Source: Acidimicrobiales bacterium
GTDB lineage: Bacteria > Actinomycetota > Acidimicrobiia > Acidimicrobiales > Bog-793
DNA length: 64,000 nucleotides
Direction: 5' to 3'
Assembly (NCBI GenBank): GCA_050015475.1
Contig: JBEKBI010000006.1
Location: 7,040 to 71,039, forward strand
The notes under the pieces are model-generated. The model did not search any database. It was not told where the DNA came from and saw nothing but the letters and a program-made list of their open reading frames with translations. A program made the translations under genes and the position numbers. Shown piece by piece: positions 30,555-40,684 of the stretch (within the stretch, counting starts at the first letter, position 1; each line of letters starts with the position of its first letter).

Positions 30555-31511
30555 ATGACAGACGCCCACACGACGGCGGGGATCGCAATTGCGGCCTTGT
30601 CGGCTGTCTTCACAGGCACGGGAACTGTCGTTGAGAAGATCGCCCTGCAGCGACTGCCCGAGATCCACGCGCGACGCCTATGGGCGATGCTTTGCACCCT
30701 GTGTGCGTCGCCACAGTGGCTGCTCGGTTGCTGCATGCTGCTGGGCGGGCTCATCTGCCAGGGGCTCGCTTTGTCCTTGGCGCCGATCTCCGTGGCGCAG
30801 CCGATCTTCGCCTCGGGCATCGTCTTGTTGCTCATGCTGTCGCACTTCGTGCTCCACGACCGGCTCCGACCAGTGGAATGGATGGCTTTGGCGACCATCG
30901 TGGTGGCCCTGGTCCTGCTCGGCTTGTCGATCGACACACGCGTCGACCACCCGGGCGGGCCGGCAGCCCTGGTGCCTCTGTTTCTCGCCTCGGTCCCCAC
31001 CTTCCTCGTCGGCCTCTTCGTTTTCGTGGTCGCCGATCGGGCTCACAATTCGGAGCGCTGGGTCAGCCATCTGCGTGCGCCGCTTTTCGGCATTTCCGCA
31101 GGGCTTCTCTACGGCGTAGCAGGGCTCGGGTTGAAGTCGGCGGCGACCTTTGTGCAGCGCTATGGGCTTATCGGCTCGATCCCGCACCTGTTGATCTCCC
31201 CTGACCTGTACCTGTTGGCGGTTTCCATGGCGACGGGTCTCGTGCTCTTCCAAACCGGCCTGCAGCGTTGCTCGGCGTCGGTCGTTTCCCCGGTGAACAT
31301 CGTGACCTCCACGGCGTATGTCATCGCTGTCGGGACATTGCTGTTCAACGAGCACCTTCCGAATTCCGCTGGACCGCTAACGCTGCGGATGGCGGGATTC
31401 GCCGGCGTCGTCATCGGTCTCGTCACGCTCGCCGCCGCGGGCGGGAGGCTCGGCACCAGCAGTACCGGCAACGCCGAGCAGGCGGGCCAGCCGGTCGCTC
31501 CGACCAGCTGA
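30555..31511 (+). CDS. DMT-superfamily membrane transporter
   Basis: About 9-10 hydrophobic segments, ALSLAPISVAQP, LFNEHLP. Confidence 0.75.
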   Translation: MTDAHTTAGIAIAALSAVFTGTGTVVEKIALQRLPEIHARRLWAMLCTLCASPQWLLGCCMLLGGLICQGLALSLAPISVAQPIFASGIVLLLMLSHFVLHDRLRPVEWMALATIVVALVLLGLSIDTRVDHPGGPAALVPLFLASVPTFLVGLFVFVVADRAHNSERWVSHLRAPLFGISAGLLYGVAGLGLKSAATFVQRYGLIGSIPHLLISPDLYLLAVSMATGLVLFQTGLQRCSASVVSPVNIVTSTAYVIAVGTLLFNEHLPNSAGPLTLRMAGFAGVVIGLVTLAAAGGRLGTSSTGNAEQAGQPVAPTS

Positions 31512-31521
31512 GTTGGCCACC

Positions 31522-32319
31522 TCAGGCCATAGTGGCCGAGCTTCTTGCACTTCCTGGGCGGGATTCCCATCCACCCCCTGAGATCGCGTGCCCGTTCGGA
31601 CAGCCTTTCTGGGCTTCGTCAGTGGTGTTCGTGCCCATGACAGCCCACCATCCTCCGCCGAGGGACCGCTGGCAGGTGTCCCCAAAATTGGGAGCCGAGG
31701 CACGCTCGTGGACCAGGCCGTAGGTTGCCAGATCGTCGTTCCAGTTCACGAAGTAGCCAGCCTGAGCCTGTCGCCCTCCGGGATACGCGCGCCGCTGGAA
31801 TGGAGTGGGGAGCGGGCCTCCGGATCCCTGCCTGATGACTGCGCACGTGTCGTCGCCACGGGCGGCACGCATCGCGTGTTGCGCCTGAGCCGTGCTCGAG
31901 CTGCTCGGAGCAGCTTGGAGGGGAGCCGGGACCGGGACGGCCTGGATCGACACCGCCGTCGTCCGGGCCACGGCCAGCATGACCACAACCAATGCCGACG
32001 TGTAGCTCAGGCAGAACGCGGTTCCAACCAAGCGCCGACCGAGCGCCACCACTGCGAGCGCCACTACCGCCGCGAGGCTGATGGTCGCGACGAGCGTCCA
32101 AGCAGGCAGCCCTGCGAATCCTGACGGGTTCTGCGGCTCTGAGTTTCGGCAGACGACCGTGTCCACCGCGATCAACGCCGGCAGGAGCGCGAACAGCCCT
32201 AAGCGGCTTCGAGCCGTGCTAATGCCCGGTCGCCGGGGAGCTTCCACCTGAGTGCCTGCGTCTTCCTCGGTGTTCTCCTTAGCCGGGAACACCTCGGATC
32301 TCATCGGCACGCACCCCAC
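31522..32319 (-). CDS. Hypothetical membrane protein
   Basis: About three TM segments followed by a Cys-containing soluble domain. Fills the gap between convergent genes. Start uncertain. Confidence 0.55.
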   Translation of the reverse strand: MGCVPMRSEVFPAKENTEEDAGTQVEAPRRPGISTARSRLGLFALLPALIAVDTVVCRNSEPQNPSGFAGLPAWTLVATISLAAVVALAVVALGRRLVGTAFCLSYTSALVVVMLAVARTTAVSIQAVPVPAPLQAAPSSSSTAQAQHAMRAARGDDTCAVIRQGSGGPLPTPFQRRAYPGGRQAQAGYFVNWNDDLATYGLVHERASAPNFGDTCQRSLGGGWWAVMGTNTTDEAQKGCPNGHAISGGGWESRPGSARSSATMA

Positions 32320-32349
32320 TTGGCGGCACGCCTAGGCACTCGTGCGGGC

Positions 32350-32805
32350 TCATCCTCCGAGATCGAACCTGTAGACGTTCGTATCGCGCCTCACGAAGCC
32401 GACCCGGCCGTAGAGACGGTTCGCCGCCTCGCGGGTGGAGCGGGAAGTGAGATTGACGTGGAGGGCACCCAGCTCACGTGCGCGGCGGACGGCGTCTGTG
32501 ACAAGCGCCTCGCCGACACCGCGCCCTCGAGCCCACTCGTCGACGACGACGTCCTCGATCACGGCGTGCCTGCTTGTGGGGATCCGGTACACGATGAGCG
32601 TGAGCATCCCGGCGATCCGACTGGAGTCCTCGCCGAGGCGGGCAATCAGGAGCGAGCTCGAAGGGGACGCCACGATCTCCTCGAGAACTGTGCGCGACGG
32701 CGGGGCAGCTGTTGACGACAGCTGGGGCACGAGGCGTGCAACCGCCTCGGCGAGATCGTCGGTCACTTCACCTGCGCGGTCGATGAGGATGCCGTTGGCT
32801 TCCAT
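32350..32805 (-). CDS. GNAT family N-acetyltransferase
   Basis: IEDVVVDEWARGRGVG acetyl-CoA motif, ANRLYGRVGF. Confidence 0.9.
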   Translation of the reverse strand: MEANGILIDRAGEVTDDLAEAVARLVPQLSSTAAPPSRTVLEEIVASPSSSLLIARLGEDSSRIAGMLTLIVYRIPTSRHAVIEDVVVDEWARGRGVGEALVTDAVRRARELGALHVNLTSRSTREAANRLYGRVGFVRRDTNVYRFDLGG

Positions 32806-32855
32806 GCGGGTGAGTGTACTGAGGGGGCCAGGGCGTTCCGGGGTCGGAACTGCGA

Positions 32856-33584
32856 TCAGCGGGGTGTCGCCGGCGCAGGGTCTGTTTGCCACGGCGGCCG
32901 CCGTGGCCAGTCGAAGACGACGTCGACCAATTCTCCCCTGATGGCGGCGAACGCATGAGCGCTCCAGGTGCCGTCGTTGGCGAGCGGGGCAGGGAGTGAG
33001 GCTTCATCGAACCACCCGACGTCGGCGCATTCGAGAGGGTGCGGCTTGAGCTTGCCGCCCACGGACTTGAGAAGGAAGACGAGCGAGTAGAGCGGCACCT
33101 GCGTGAAGCCGAGCCGAAGCCCATCGAGGACCATGGCGAGTCGAACTGGCTCAGTCTTGATGCCTGTCTCCTCGAAGACCTCTTTCACCGCGACCTCGGC
33201 GGCGGAGTAGCCCACGTCTGCCCAGCCGGTCGGGTAGAGCCAGGCTCCCGAGTCCGGGCGTTGCATGAGCAGTATCTGTCCCGCCTCGTTGCCGACTATC
33301 GCCCCGATTGCAACCTTCGGCGTCACGTAGCCGGCGACGCCAGCGCGCACGGTACCCATCCATTCGGCAATTAGGTCATCCGCGTTCGCGGTGCCCGCCG
33401 ATCCTCGCCCGCTCGCAGCCGGTGTATCAGCGGCCGCGCGGATGTCTGCGGCCACGCGCAGGACCTCCTCGTAGCGCTCCTGTTCGTAGAGGTTCTTCGT
33501 GAAGGCGAGGCCGGTCCTGGCGATGGCCGCCAGAGTCTCTCCCCACCGGATCAGGTCTCGGTTGGAAGCGGGCACGTCACTCAT
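32856..33584 (-). CDS. NUDIX hydrolase with N-terminal Nudix_N domain
   Basis: Nudix box GWADVGYSAAEVAVKEVFEETG, GYVTPKV. Confidence 0.9.
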   Translation of the reverse strand: MSDVPASNRDLIRWGETLAAIARTGLAFTKNLYEQERYEEVLRVAADIRAAADTPAASGRGSAGTANADDLIAEWMGTVRAGVAGYVTPKVAIGAIVGNEAGQILLMQRPDSGAWLYPTGWADVGYSAAEVAVKEVFEETGIKTEPVRLAMVLDGLRLGFTQVPLYSLVFLLKSVGGKLKPHPLECADVGWFDEASLPAPLANDGTWSAHAFAAIRGELVDVVFDWPRRPPWQTDPAPATPR

Positions 33585-33646
33585 GAGTCCGACCCTAACG
33601 CCGGGCAGGCGGCAGCTGGGAGCGACGCGGCCCTGCGTGCGCGATC

Positions 33647-33862
33647 ATGACCGAGGTGAGCGTCAAAGAGGACTGCCGGCATTACCTCATGCAGACAGTG
33701 CGCGCCGGTGAGCGCACTGAGCGCTGCAGGCTCGGGGCCGCCGAGATGATTCCCTTCGCCTGCCCGGACAGCTGCGTGTTCCACGAGCCCCGCCAAATAG
33801 CGACCGGCGGCTGGCAGGTGGGGCCTCGAGGAGACGGAGACCCGCCTGTGGCGAGGCGCTGA
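33647..33862 (+). CDS. Small four-cysteine hypothetical protein
   Basis: DCRHY...ERCRL...FACPDSCVFHEPR. Occupies an otherwise empty gap. Start may be GTG 33656. Confidence 0.7.
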   Translation: MTEVSVKEDCRHYLMQTVRAGERTERCRLGAAEMIPFACPDSCVFHEPRQIATGGWQVGPRGDGDPPVARR

Positions 33863-33901
33863 ACGCCGGCCAGGCCGCTTGGCGGCCAACCGGGTCACGG
33901 G

Positions 33902-34318
33902 CTAGTCGCCGGCCTCGTTCTCGAGCCAGTTCCCGACGACCATCGACATGAACAAGGGCTGGGCCTGGAAACCGAGCGAGGAGTAGAACTTCTCGGCATT
34001 GTCTGTCTGGAGGCCGATGTGCTGGCCCGGGACTCGGCCCGCCAGCATCCGAACCATCGAGCTGGCGATGCCGCGCCGACGGTAGGAGGACTGGGTCCAG
34101 ACATCCAACAAGTAGGCGTTGCACACGCCGTCGGACAAAAGGCGCGCCATGCCGACGACACGCCGGCCGTCGCGGGCCACGGCCACGTGCTGAGAGCGCT
34201 CGAACGATCGCCGCAGCGCTTGTGGGGATCTGCCGTTGTCGAAGTCGTCGGCGGCCAGGTCCGCCTTGGCTTCGGCCCAGTCGATGTCGTCCAGCGAGTT
34301 CGTGACCTTCACGTCCAT
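33902..34318 (-). CDS. GNAT family N-acetyltransferase
   Basis: VVGMARLLSDGVCNAYLLDVW, YRRRGIAS, FYSSLGF. Confidence 0.88.
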   Translation of the reverse strand: MDVKVTNSLDDIDWAEAKADLAADDFDNGRSPQALRRSFERSQHVAVARDGRRVVGMARLLSDGVCNAYLLDVWTQSSYRRRGIASSMVRMLAGRVPGQHIGLQTDNAEKFYSSLGFQAQPLFMSMVVGNWLENEAGD

Positions 34319-34399
34319 GACACAAGCATGCCGTTCCTGCCGGCACCGAGCGACAGCTCAGTCCGCTCCAGACGGCGGCCCATGGACTCTGGCGACACG

Positions 34400-34636
34400 T
34401 CAGCCCGATTTAGTGCCTCCGAGGCGTTCGACGCTGGCGCCGATCTCGGTGAGCCACGCCAAGGCACCCTCAACCGCTGCCGGGTCGCCACTCAAGTCAC
34501 AGACGATCCATCCCTCGTCGGCACCGACGTTTGCCGTGAGGATGTTCGGCTCCACGTCGAAACGTTTGACGAGCTGGGCCACTATCGGCTGACCGACCAG
34601 CTCATCAGGGAAAGCCAGCCGGACTTGGACGTTCAT
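34400..34636 (-). CDS. Stand-alone NIL domain protein
   Basis: RLAFP....QPIV..LVKRFDVEPNILTANV....GW, which contains the NIL signature. ATGA overlap with larE. Confidence 0.85.
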   Translation of the reverse strand: MNVQVRLAFPDELVGQPIVAQLVKRFDVEPNILTANVGADEGWIVCDLSGDPAAVEGALAWLTEIGASVERLGGTKSG

Positions 34637-35532
34637 AGGTGAGCCTCCCTAACGGTTCGGCCCGCACGGGAGAGATTGCCCGAGCGGAGCCCTTCGAGGT
34701 CAAGAGTCACATAGCTGTAGCCGGCACCTCGCACCGCGGTGACAATCTCGTCACGAGCGCGCACCGCCCAGTCGAGGTCCTCGAGGGGAAGCTCGACCCG
34801 CGCCGTATCGCCGTAGTGACGGACTCGGAGGGCATTGAAGCCCAGCCGGCGGAGGGCGGACTCCGCTGAGGCGACCCGATTGAGGGTCCCCACGGTGACG
34901 GGGGTGCCGTGTGGCACCCTCGATGCGAGGCAGGCACTCGCGGGACGGTCCCAGGTGCGCAGCCCGAGTGCCTGTGACACCTCGCGGACCAATGCCTTGT
35001 CGAGGCCAGCCTGCACGAGAGGGAATGCGGCCCCTTGCTCGGCCGCGGCGATTTGGCCAGGACGGTCGTCGCTCAGGTCGTCGAGATTGACGCCAAGAAC
35101 GACTCTTGCCCGACCTGAGTCGGTGAGAGGAGAAAGGGCGTTCATGAGCTGGCGCTTGCAGTGGTAGCAGCGATCAGGGCCGTTGCGCACGTAGGTCGGG
35201 TCGTCGAGTTCATGAGTGGCGACCGTCACCCACCTCAGGTCCCATTCGTCTGCGATCAAAGCGCAATGGCTCAGGTCCTCGGGCGCCAGTGACGGCGAGA
35301 CGGCCGTCGCACAGAGCACTTTGTGCTTGCCCAGCAGCCTTGTCGCCACGGCGGCGACCAAGGCCGAGTCGGCTCCACCCGAGAAAGCCACAACCACGCG
35401 TTCGAACTCCCCCAGCACGACCTGCAAGCGGGCCAGCCCATCGTCCGCGAGCTGTTTGCGGCTCGCCTCGGAGATCGCGAAGAGCAGTGGAGGCGTCGCC
35501 TCGGAGTGCGCTCGCCCTGTATTTTCAGCCAC
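34633..35532 (-). CDS. larE: LarE-like ATP-dependent sulfur transferase (PP-loop)
   Basis: AFSGGADS, RCYHCK, DDRPG, SACLASRVPHG, RVRHYG. Start approximate. Confidence 0.88.
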   Translation of the reverse strand: MAENTGRAHSEATPPLLFAISEASRKQLADDGLARLQVVLGEFERVVVAFSGGADSALVAAVATRLLGKHKVLCATAVSPSLAPEDLSHCALIADEWDLRWVTVATHELDDPTYVRNGPDRCYHCKRQLMNALSPLTDSGRARVVLGVNLDDLSDDRPGQIAAAEQGAAFPLVQAGLDKALVREVSQALGLRTWDRPASACLASRVPHGTPVTVGTLNRVASAESALRRLGFNALRVRHYGDTARVELPLEDLDWAVRARDEIVTAVRGAGYSYVTLDLEGLRSGNLSRAGRTVREAHL

Positions 35533-35609
35533 GATTGGCCCTTGCTGGCACAGGCCGCAGTCTACGAGGGCGTCGGGAAACTGCGTCGGACATGGGCGCA
35601 AACGCGCAC

Positions 35610-35643
35610 GTCGCCAGGGGCGCCTGGTGGCGTCCCTGGCGAC
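35610..35643 (-). terminator. Long hairpin downstream of groEL
   Basis: GTCGCCAGGGGCGCC-TGGT-GGCGTCCCTGGCGAC is a 15-bp stem with one imperfect pair and only a weak U-tract. Confidence 0.55.
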
Positions 35644-35675
35644 TCAGTGCGTGCACCGACCTCGTGCGGTCGGGA

Positions 35676-37365
<1,690 letters not shown>

Positions 37366-37499
37366 TAGCAAACCACGCCTGGGGACGCAGCGCAACTGCG
37401 CCCCCGGTAGCACCCGTCCGGTCAGCATTTGTCGACCGGTGGTTGTGACCGTCGACCTCGGGCTTCGGGAGTAGAGCCGCGACCTGGAGTCGGGCCAGC

Positions 37500-37775
37500 T
37501 CAGCCGCCTGCGAGCGCCGGGATGATCGAGAGGCGGGAGCCGTCGGGGAGCTCGGTGTCGAGCCCACCGAGGAAGCGGATGTCCTCGTCGCCGACGAACA
37601 GGCTTACGTACCGGCGGAGCTTGCCCTCACCGTCTAGCAGGCGAGCCTGCATGCCGGGGTAGTCGCGCTCCAAGGCGCCGATCGCCTCGCGCACGGTCCC
37701 CGCCTCCACCGTGACATCGGCAGCACCGCCGGTGAGGAGACGCATCTGGGTCGAGATGCGCACGTCGACGCTCAT
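37500..37775 (-). CDS. MoaD/ThiS-family ubiquitin-like sulfur carrier
   Basis: Beta-grasp pattern, FVGDEDIRFLGGLDT, C-terminal IIPALAGG. Confidence 0.92.
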   Translation of the reverse strand: MSVDVRISTQMRLLTGGAADVTVEAGTVREAIGALERDYPGMQARLLDGEGKLRRYVSLFVGDEDIRFLGGLDTELPDGSRLSIIPALAGG

Positions 37776-38025
37776 CGCGCCGGAGGATACCAGCGACGCC
37801 AGCCGGCCGGGCTGGCCCGCGCCCGCCGTCGAGCACGCTCGATTCGGATCTGATTGCCGGCCGAGCGCGACCACACGCACCTAGCGACTGGTCGTCTCTT
37901 CCGGGTGACGAGCAGGAGGAGAAAGGTGGTGCCGTCCAAGGCCCTAATCTGGCATCGACCATGACAAGCGCACGGGATCCACGGCGGGCGGCCGTCTACC
38001 ACCACAGCGAAGGCAAGCGCGCAAA

Positions 38026-39450
38026 GTGACCGGGTTCGACCTCGTCGTCGTCTCCAACAGAGGGCCGTTCACCCTCGAGCACGGACCCGACGGGACCATC
38101 GAGGCACGCCCGGCGGCTGGCGGCCTGGCGCCCAGCTTGAGTGGGGCGCTGGCCGAGGAGGCGACGGCTTCTGGCACCGGGGCGCTATGGATCAACGCGG
38201 CCCTGACCGAGGCGGACCGGACCCATGCCTCGGGCGGGAACGTCGGTACAGGGCGGGACTGGTTGAAGCTACGCACGGTCGCGGTGACGCCCGAGATCGC
38301 GCGAGCGGCCTACGACGTAGTGGCAAACGGCACGCTCTGGTTCCTTTACCACGGCCTGTTCGACCATGTGCGCCGGCCGCGTTTCGACCGTGTCTGGCAC
38401 GAGGCCTGGGACGGCTACTGCGCTTTCAACAAGGCTTTTGCGGACACGATCGCCGAGGAGGCTGCGCCAGGGGCGACCGTCGTCGTGAACGACTACCACC
38501 TGGCGCTCGTCGGCCGTTACCTCGTCAAGAGGCGTCCTGACCTCGCCACCAGCTTCTTCACCCACACCCCGTTCTGCCCGCCGGAAGATCTAGCCCTGTT
38601 GCCCGACCGGGCCCGCGTTGAGTTGATGGAATCGATGTCCTGTTTCGGCACCTGCGGTTTCCACACGGCGCGCTGGCAGGACGCCTTCGTGCGATGCATC
38701 GCCTCCGCCGGCCTCGACGCGCCCGCGACTTTCGTGGCTCCCTTGGGCGCCGACGCCTCGAGGTTCGACGAGGTGGCGGCGAGTGAGAGCTGCCGGGCAC
38801 TCCGGCGACGCCTCGAAGACGATCTCGACGGGCGCACGCTTCTTTTGCGAAGTGACCGCATGGAGCTGTCGAAGAACCTCATCCGCGGCTTCCTCGCCTT
38901 CGACGAGCTGCTGGAAGCGTCGCCTGAGTGGCGGGGACGGGTGGTCTTCCTCGCCCGGGTCTACCCGTCGCGCGAGTCTCTTCCTGAGTACCTCGCCTAC
39001 CGGACCGAGGCGGAGCACGTAGCGGCGCGAATCAACGAACGGTGGAGCACGCCTGGGTACAGACCGGTTGTGCTCGACCTGGACGACGACTTCGAGGCGA
39101 CTGTGGCAGCCCTGCAGCGCTACGACGTCTTGCTTGTCAACCCCATCCGGGACGGCCTGAATCTCGTGGCGATGGAAGGCCCGGTCGTCAACGAGCACGA
39201 CGGGGTGCTCGTGCTCTCGCGTGAGGCCGGCTCATACGACCAGTTGGCCGACGCGGCTATCGGCGTCAATCCCTTCGACGTGACCGCCACCGCGGCGGCT
39301 CTCGCGAGAGGTTTGTCAATGAGCCCGGAGGAACGCCACGCCCGTGCAGTCGAGCTGCAGCACCGGGTGCGGTCGCGCACCCCGGCTCTCTGGCTGACCG
39401 AGGTGAGGAACGCGGCCAGGATTCCCGGCCACAACCACCAGCGCCCTTAG
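38026..39450 (+). CDS. otsA: Trehalose-6-phosphate synthase
   Basis: VVSNRGP, GGLA, DYHL, DRMELSKN, DGLNLVAME, VNPFDV. Confidence 0.92.
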   Translation: MTGFDLVVVSNRGPFTLEHGPDGTIEARPAAGGLAPSLSGALAEEATASGTGALWINAALTEADRTHASGGNVGTGRDWLKLRTVAVTPEIARAAYDVVANGTLWFLYHGLFDHVRRPRFDRVWHEAWDGYCAFNKAFADTIAEEAAPGATVVVNDYHLALVGRYLVKRRPDLATSFFTHTPFCPPEDLALLPDRARVELMESMSCFGTCGFHTARWQDAFVRCIASAGLDAPATFVAPLGADASRFDEVAASESCRALRRRLEDDLDGRTLLLRSDRMELSKNLIRGFLAFDELLEASPEWRGRVVFLARVYPSRESLPEYLAYRTEAEHVAARINERWSTPGYRPVVLDLDDDFEATVAALQRYDVLLVNPIRDGLNLVAMEGPVVNEHDGVLVLSREAGSYDQLADAAIGVNPFDVTATAAALARGLSMSPEERHARAVELQHRVRSRTPALWLTEVRNAARIPGHNHQRP

Positions 39451-39463
39451 TCGGACCCGGCCT

Positions 39464-40360
39464 TTACGACGGAGCGAGGCAGCTGGCCAACTGAGCGAGA
39501 AATGTCGCCGCCGCACTCGGGCCTGCAAGGACCAGATCGGCGGCTTCGGCCATGCCCCACGGCATCTCCGGGCTCGATATCGCGATCTTCACACTGCGCA
39601 GGCCGTGCAAGTCTCGTTGCTCGTCGAGGGCGCGGAAGCCCAGCAAGTCTCCGGTGTCGTCCCCGATGTAGGCGGCCGCTTGAAGATGTCCGCACAGCTC
39701 GGTCACGACTGATCCCTTGTCGATCCCGAGCGGCAGCACGAGCTCCACGCTCGCCTTGCCAAGGCGGGGAACCAGCCCGTGCTCGGCGGCGACGGCGCGG
39801 GCGGCCTCCGTCGCCCGCGTAGCCACTTCAGTCGAATCGATCCCCTCCTCGCCGGCCGAGCGCCAGTGGACCGTGACACCGAAAATCTTGTCCTCGACCC
39901 GGGCCCCAACGGGAATGGCTGCCCGGAGCTGGTCTCGAACCGACTCGATCACCGGGCGCCAGGCCGCCACCCCGGCCCTCAATCGGACCGTGCCGTCGTC
40001 GGCCCATTCCTCGAGTCCGTGCAGACCGATGCCACGGAGCGGTGACCGCTTGGACGCGAGATCGAGGCGATCGGCAAGAAACATCGCCGGGCGCCCCGAA
40101 ACGACCGCGACGACGGCCATCTCCCGGGCGAGCGCGTGCAAGGCGTCGAGCGCGGCGGCTAAGGGGCGTGCGGCTTCCGGGTCGATGACGATCGGTGCGA
40201 TCGTCCCGTCGAAGTCGCAGCAAAGCCCCGAATGGAGCGGATCCTCAGCGAGGAGTTCGAGAGCGGAGGACCCGGCGGTAGTCAGTCTGCGAGCCCCAAT
40301 GAGGTCGGTCCCTTCAACGCGGTCGGCGTTCGAGTCTGGGGACACCCTCGTAACGGACAC
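39464..40360 (-). CDS. otsB: Trehalose-6-phosphate phosphatase
   Basis: HAD motifs DFDGTIAPI, VVSGR, DKG, GDDTGD. Start uncertain. Confidence 0.9.
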   Translation of the reverse strand: MSVTRVSPDSNADRVEGTDLIGARRLTTAGSSALELLAEDPLHSGLCCDFDGTIAPIVIDPEAARPLAAALDALHALAREMAVVAVVSGRPAMFLADRLDLASKRSPLRGIGLHGLEEWADDGTVRLRAGVAAWRPVIESVRDQLRAAIPVGARVEDKIFGVTVHWRSAGEEGIDSTEVATRATEAARAVAAEHGLVPRLGKASVELVLPLGIDKGSVVTELCGHLQAAAYIGDDTGDLLGFRALDEQRDLHGLRSVKIAISSPEMPWGMAEAADLVLAGPSAAATFLAQLASCLAPS

Positions 40361-40574
40361 GACGCCGGCGAACCAGGCGGCTTTTCACCCTGTGGACGAC
40401 GAGCGGGTCGTATGCGAACGCCTCGGGCGACTCGGACAGCCTTCTCAACAACCCGTAGTACGCGCCGGGCGACAGGCCAAGCCGTTCCGAGATCGCCTGG
40501 CGTTTGGAAGGGGAGGACAACCACCAATCACGTTCCACATCGAGCACTTTGCGTTCCCGATCGGTCAGCGTCAT
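40314..40574 (-). CDS. DUF3263-family small protein
   Basis: LTDRERKVLDVERDWW....KRQAI...LGLS...YY..L.......A.AYDPLVV.R. Confidence 0.85.
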   Translation of the reverse strand: MTLTDRERKVLDVERDWWLSSPSKRQAISERLGLSPGAYYGLLRRLSESPEAFAYDPLVVHRVKSRLVRRRRVRYEGVPRLERRPR

Positions 40575-40684
40575 CCCAGACGACAATGCCAACCTCGGAC
40601 GCGCAAAGCAAGGATCCTCGACCCAAGGGCTTGCGCGTAGCGGCTTTCCGTCCGGATGGCGGCGCCCATACCGTCTGAAGCGGC

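Noticed and set aside
37776-38025. Possible SAM riboswitch or thrC remnant upstream of the moaD-like gene
   Set aside because: No recognisable riboswitch motifs or thrC-like translation on either strand.
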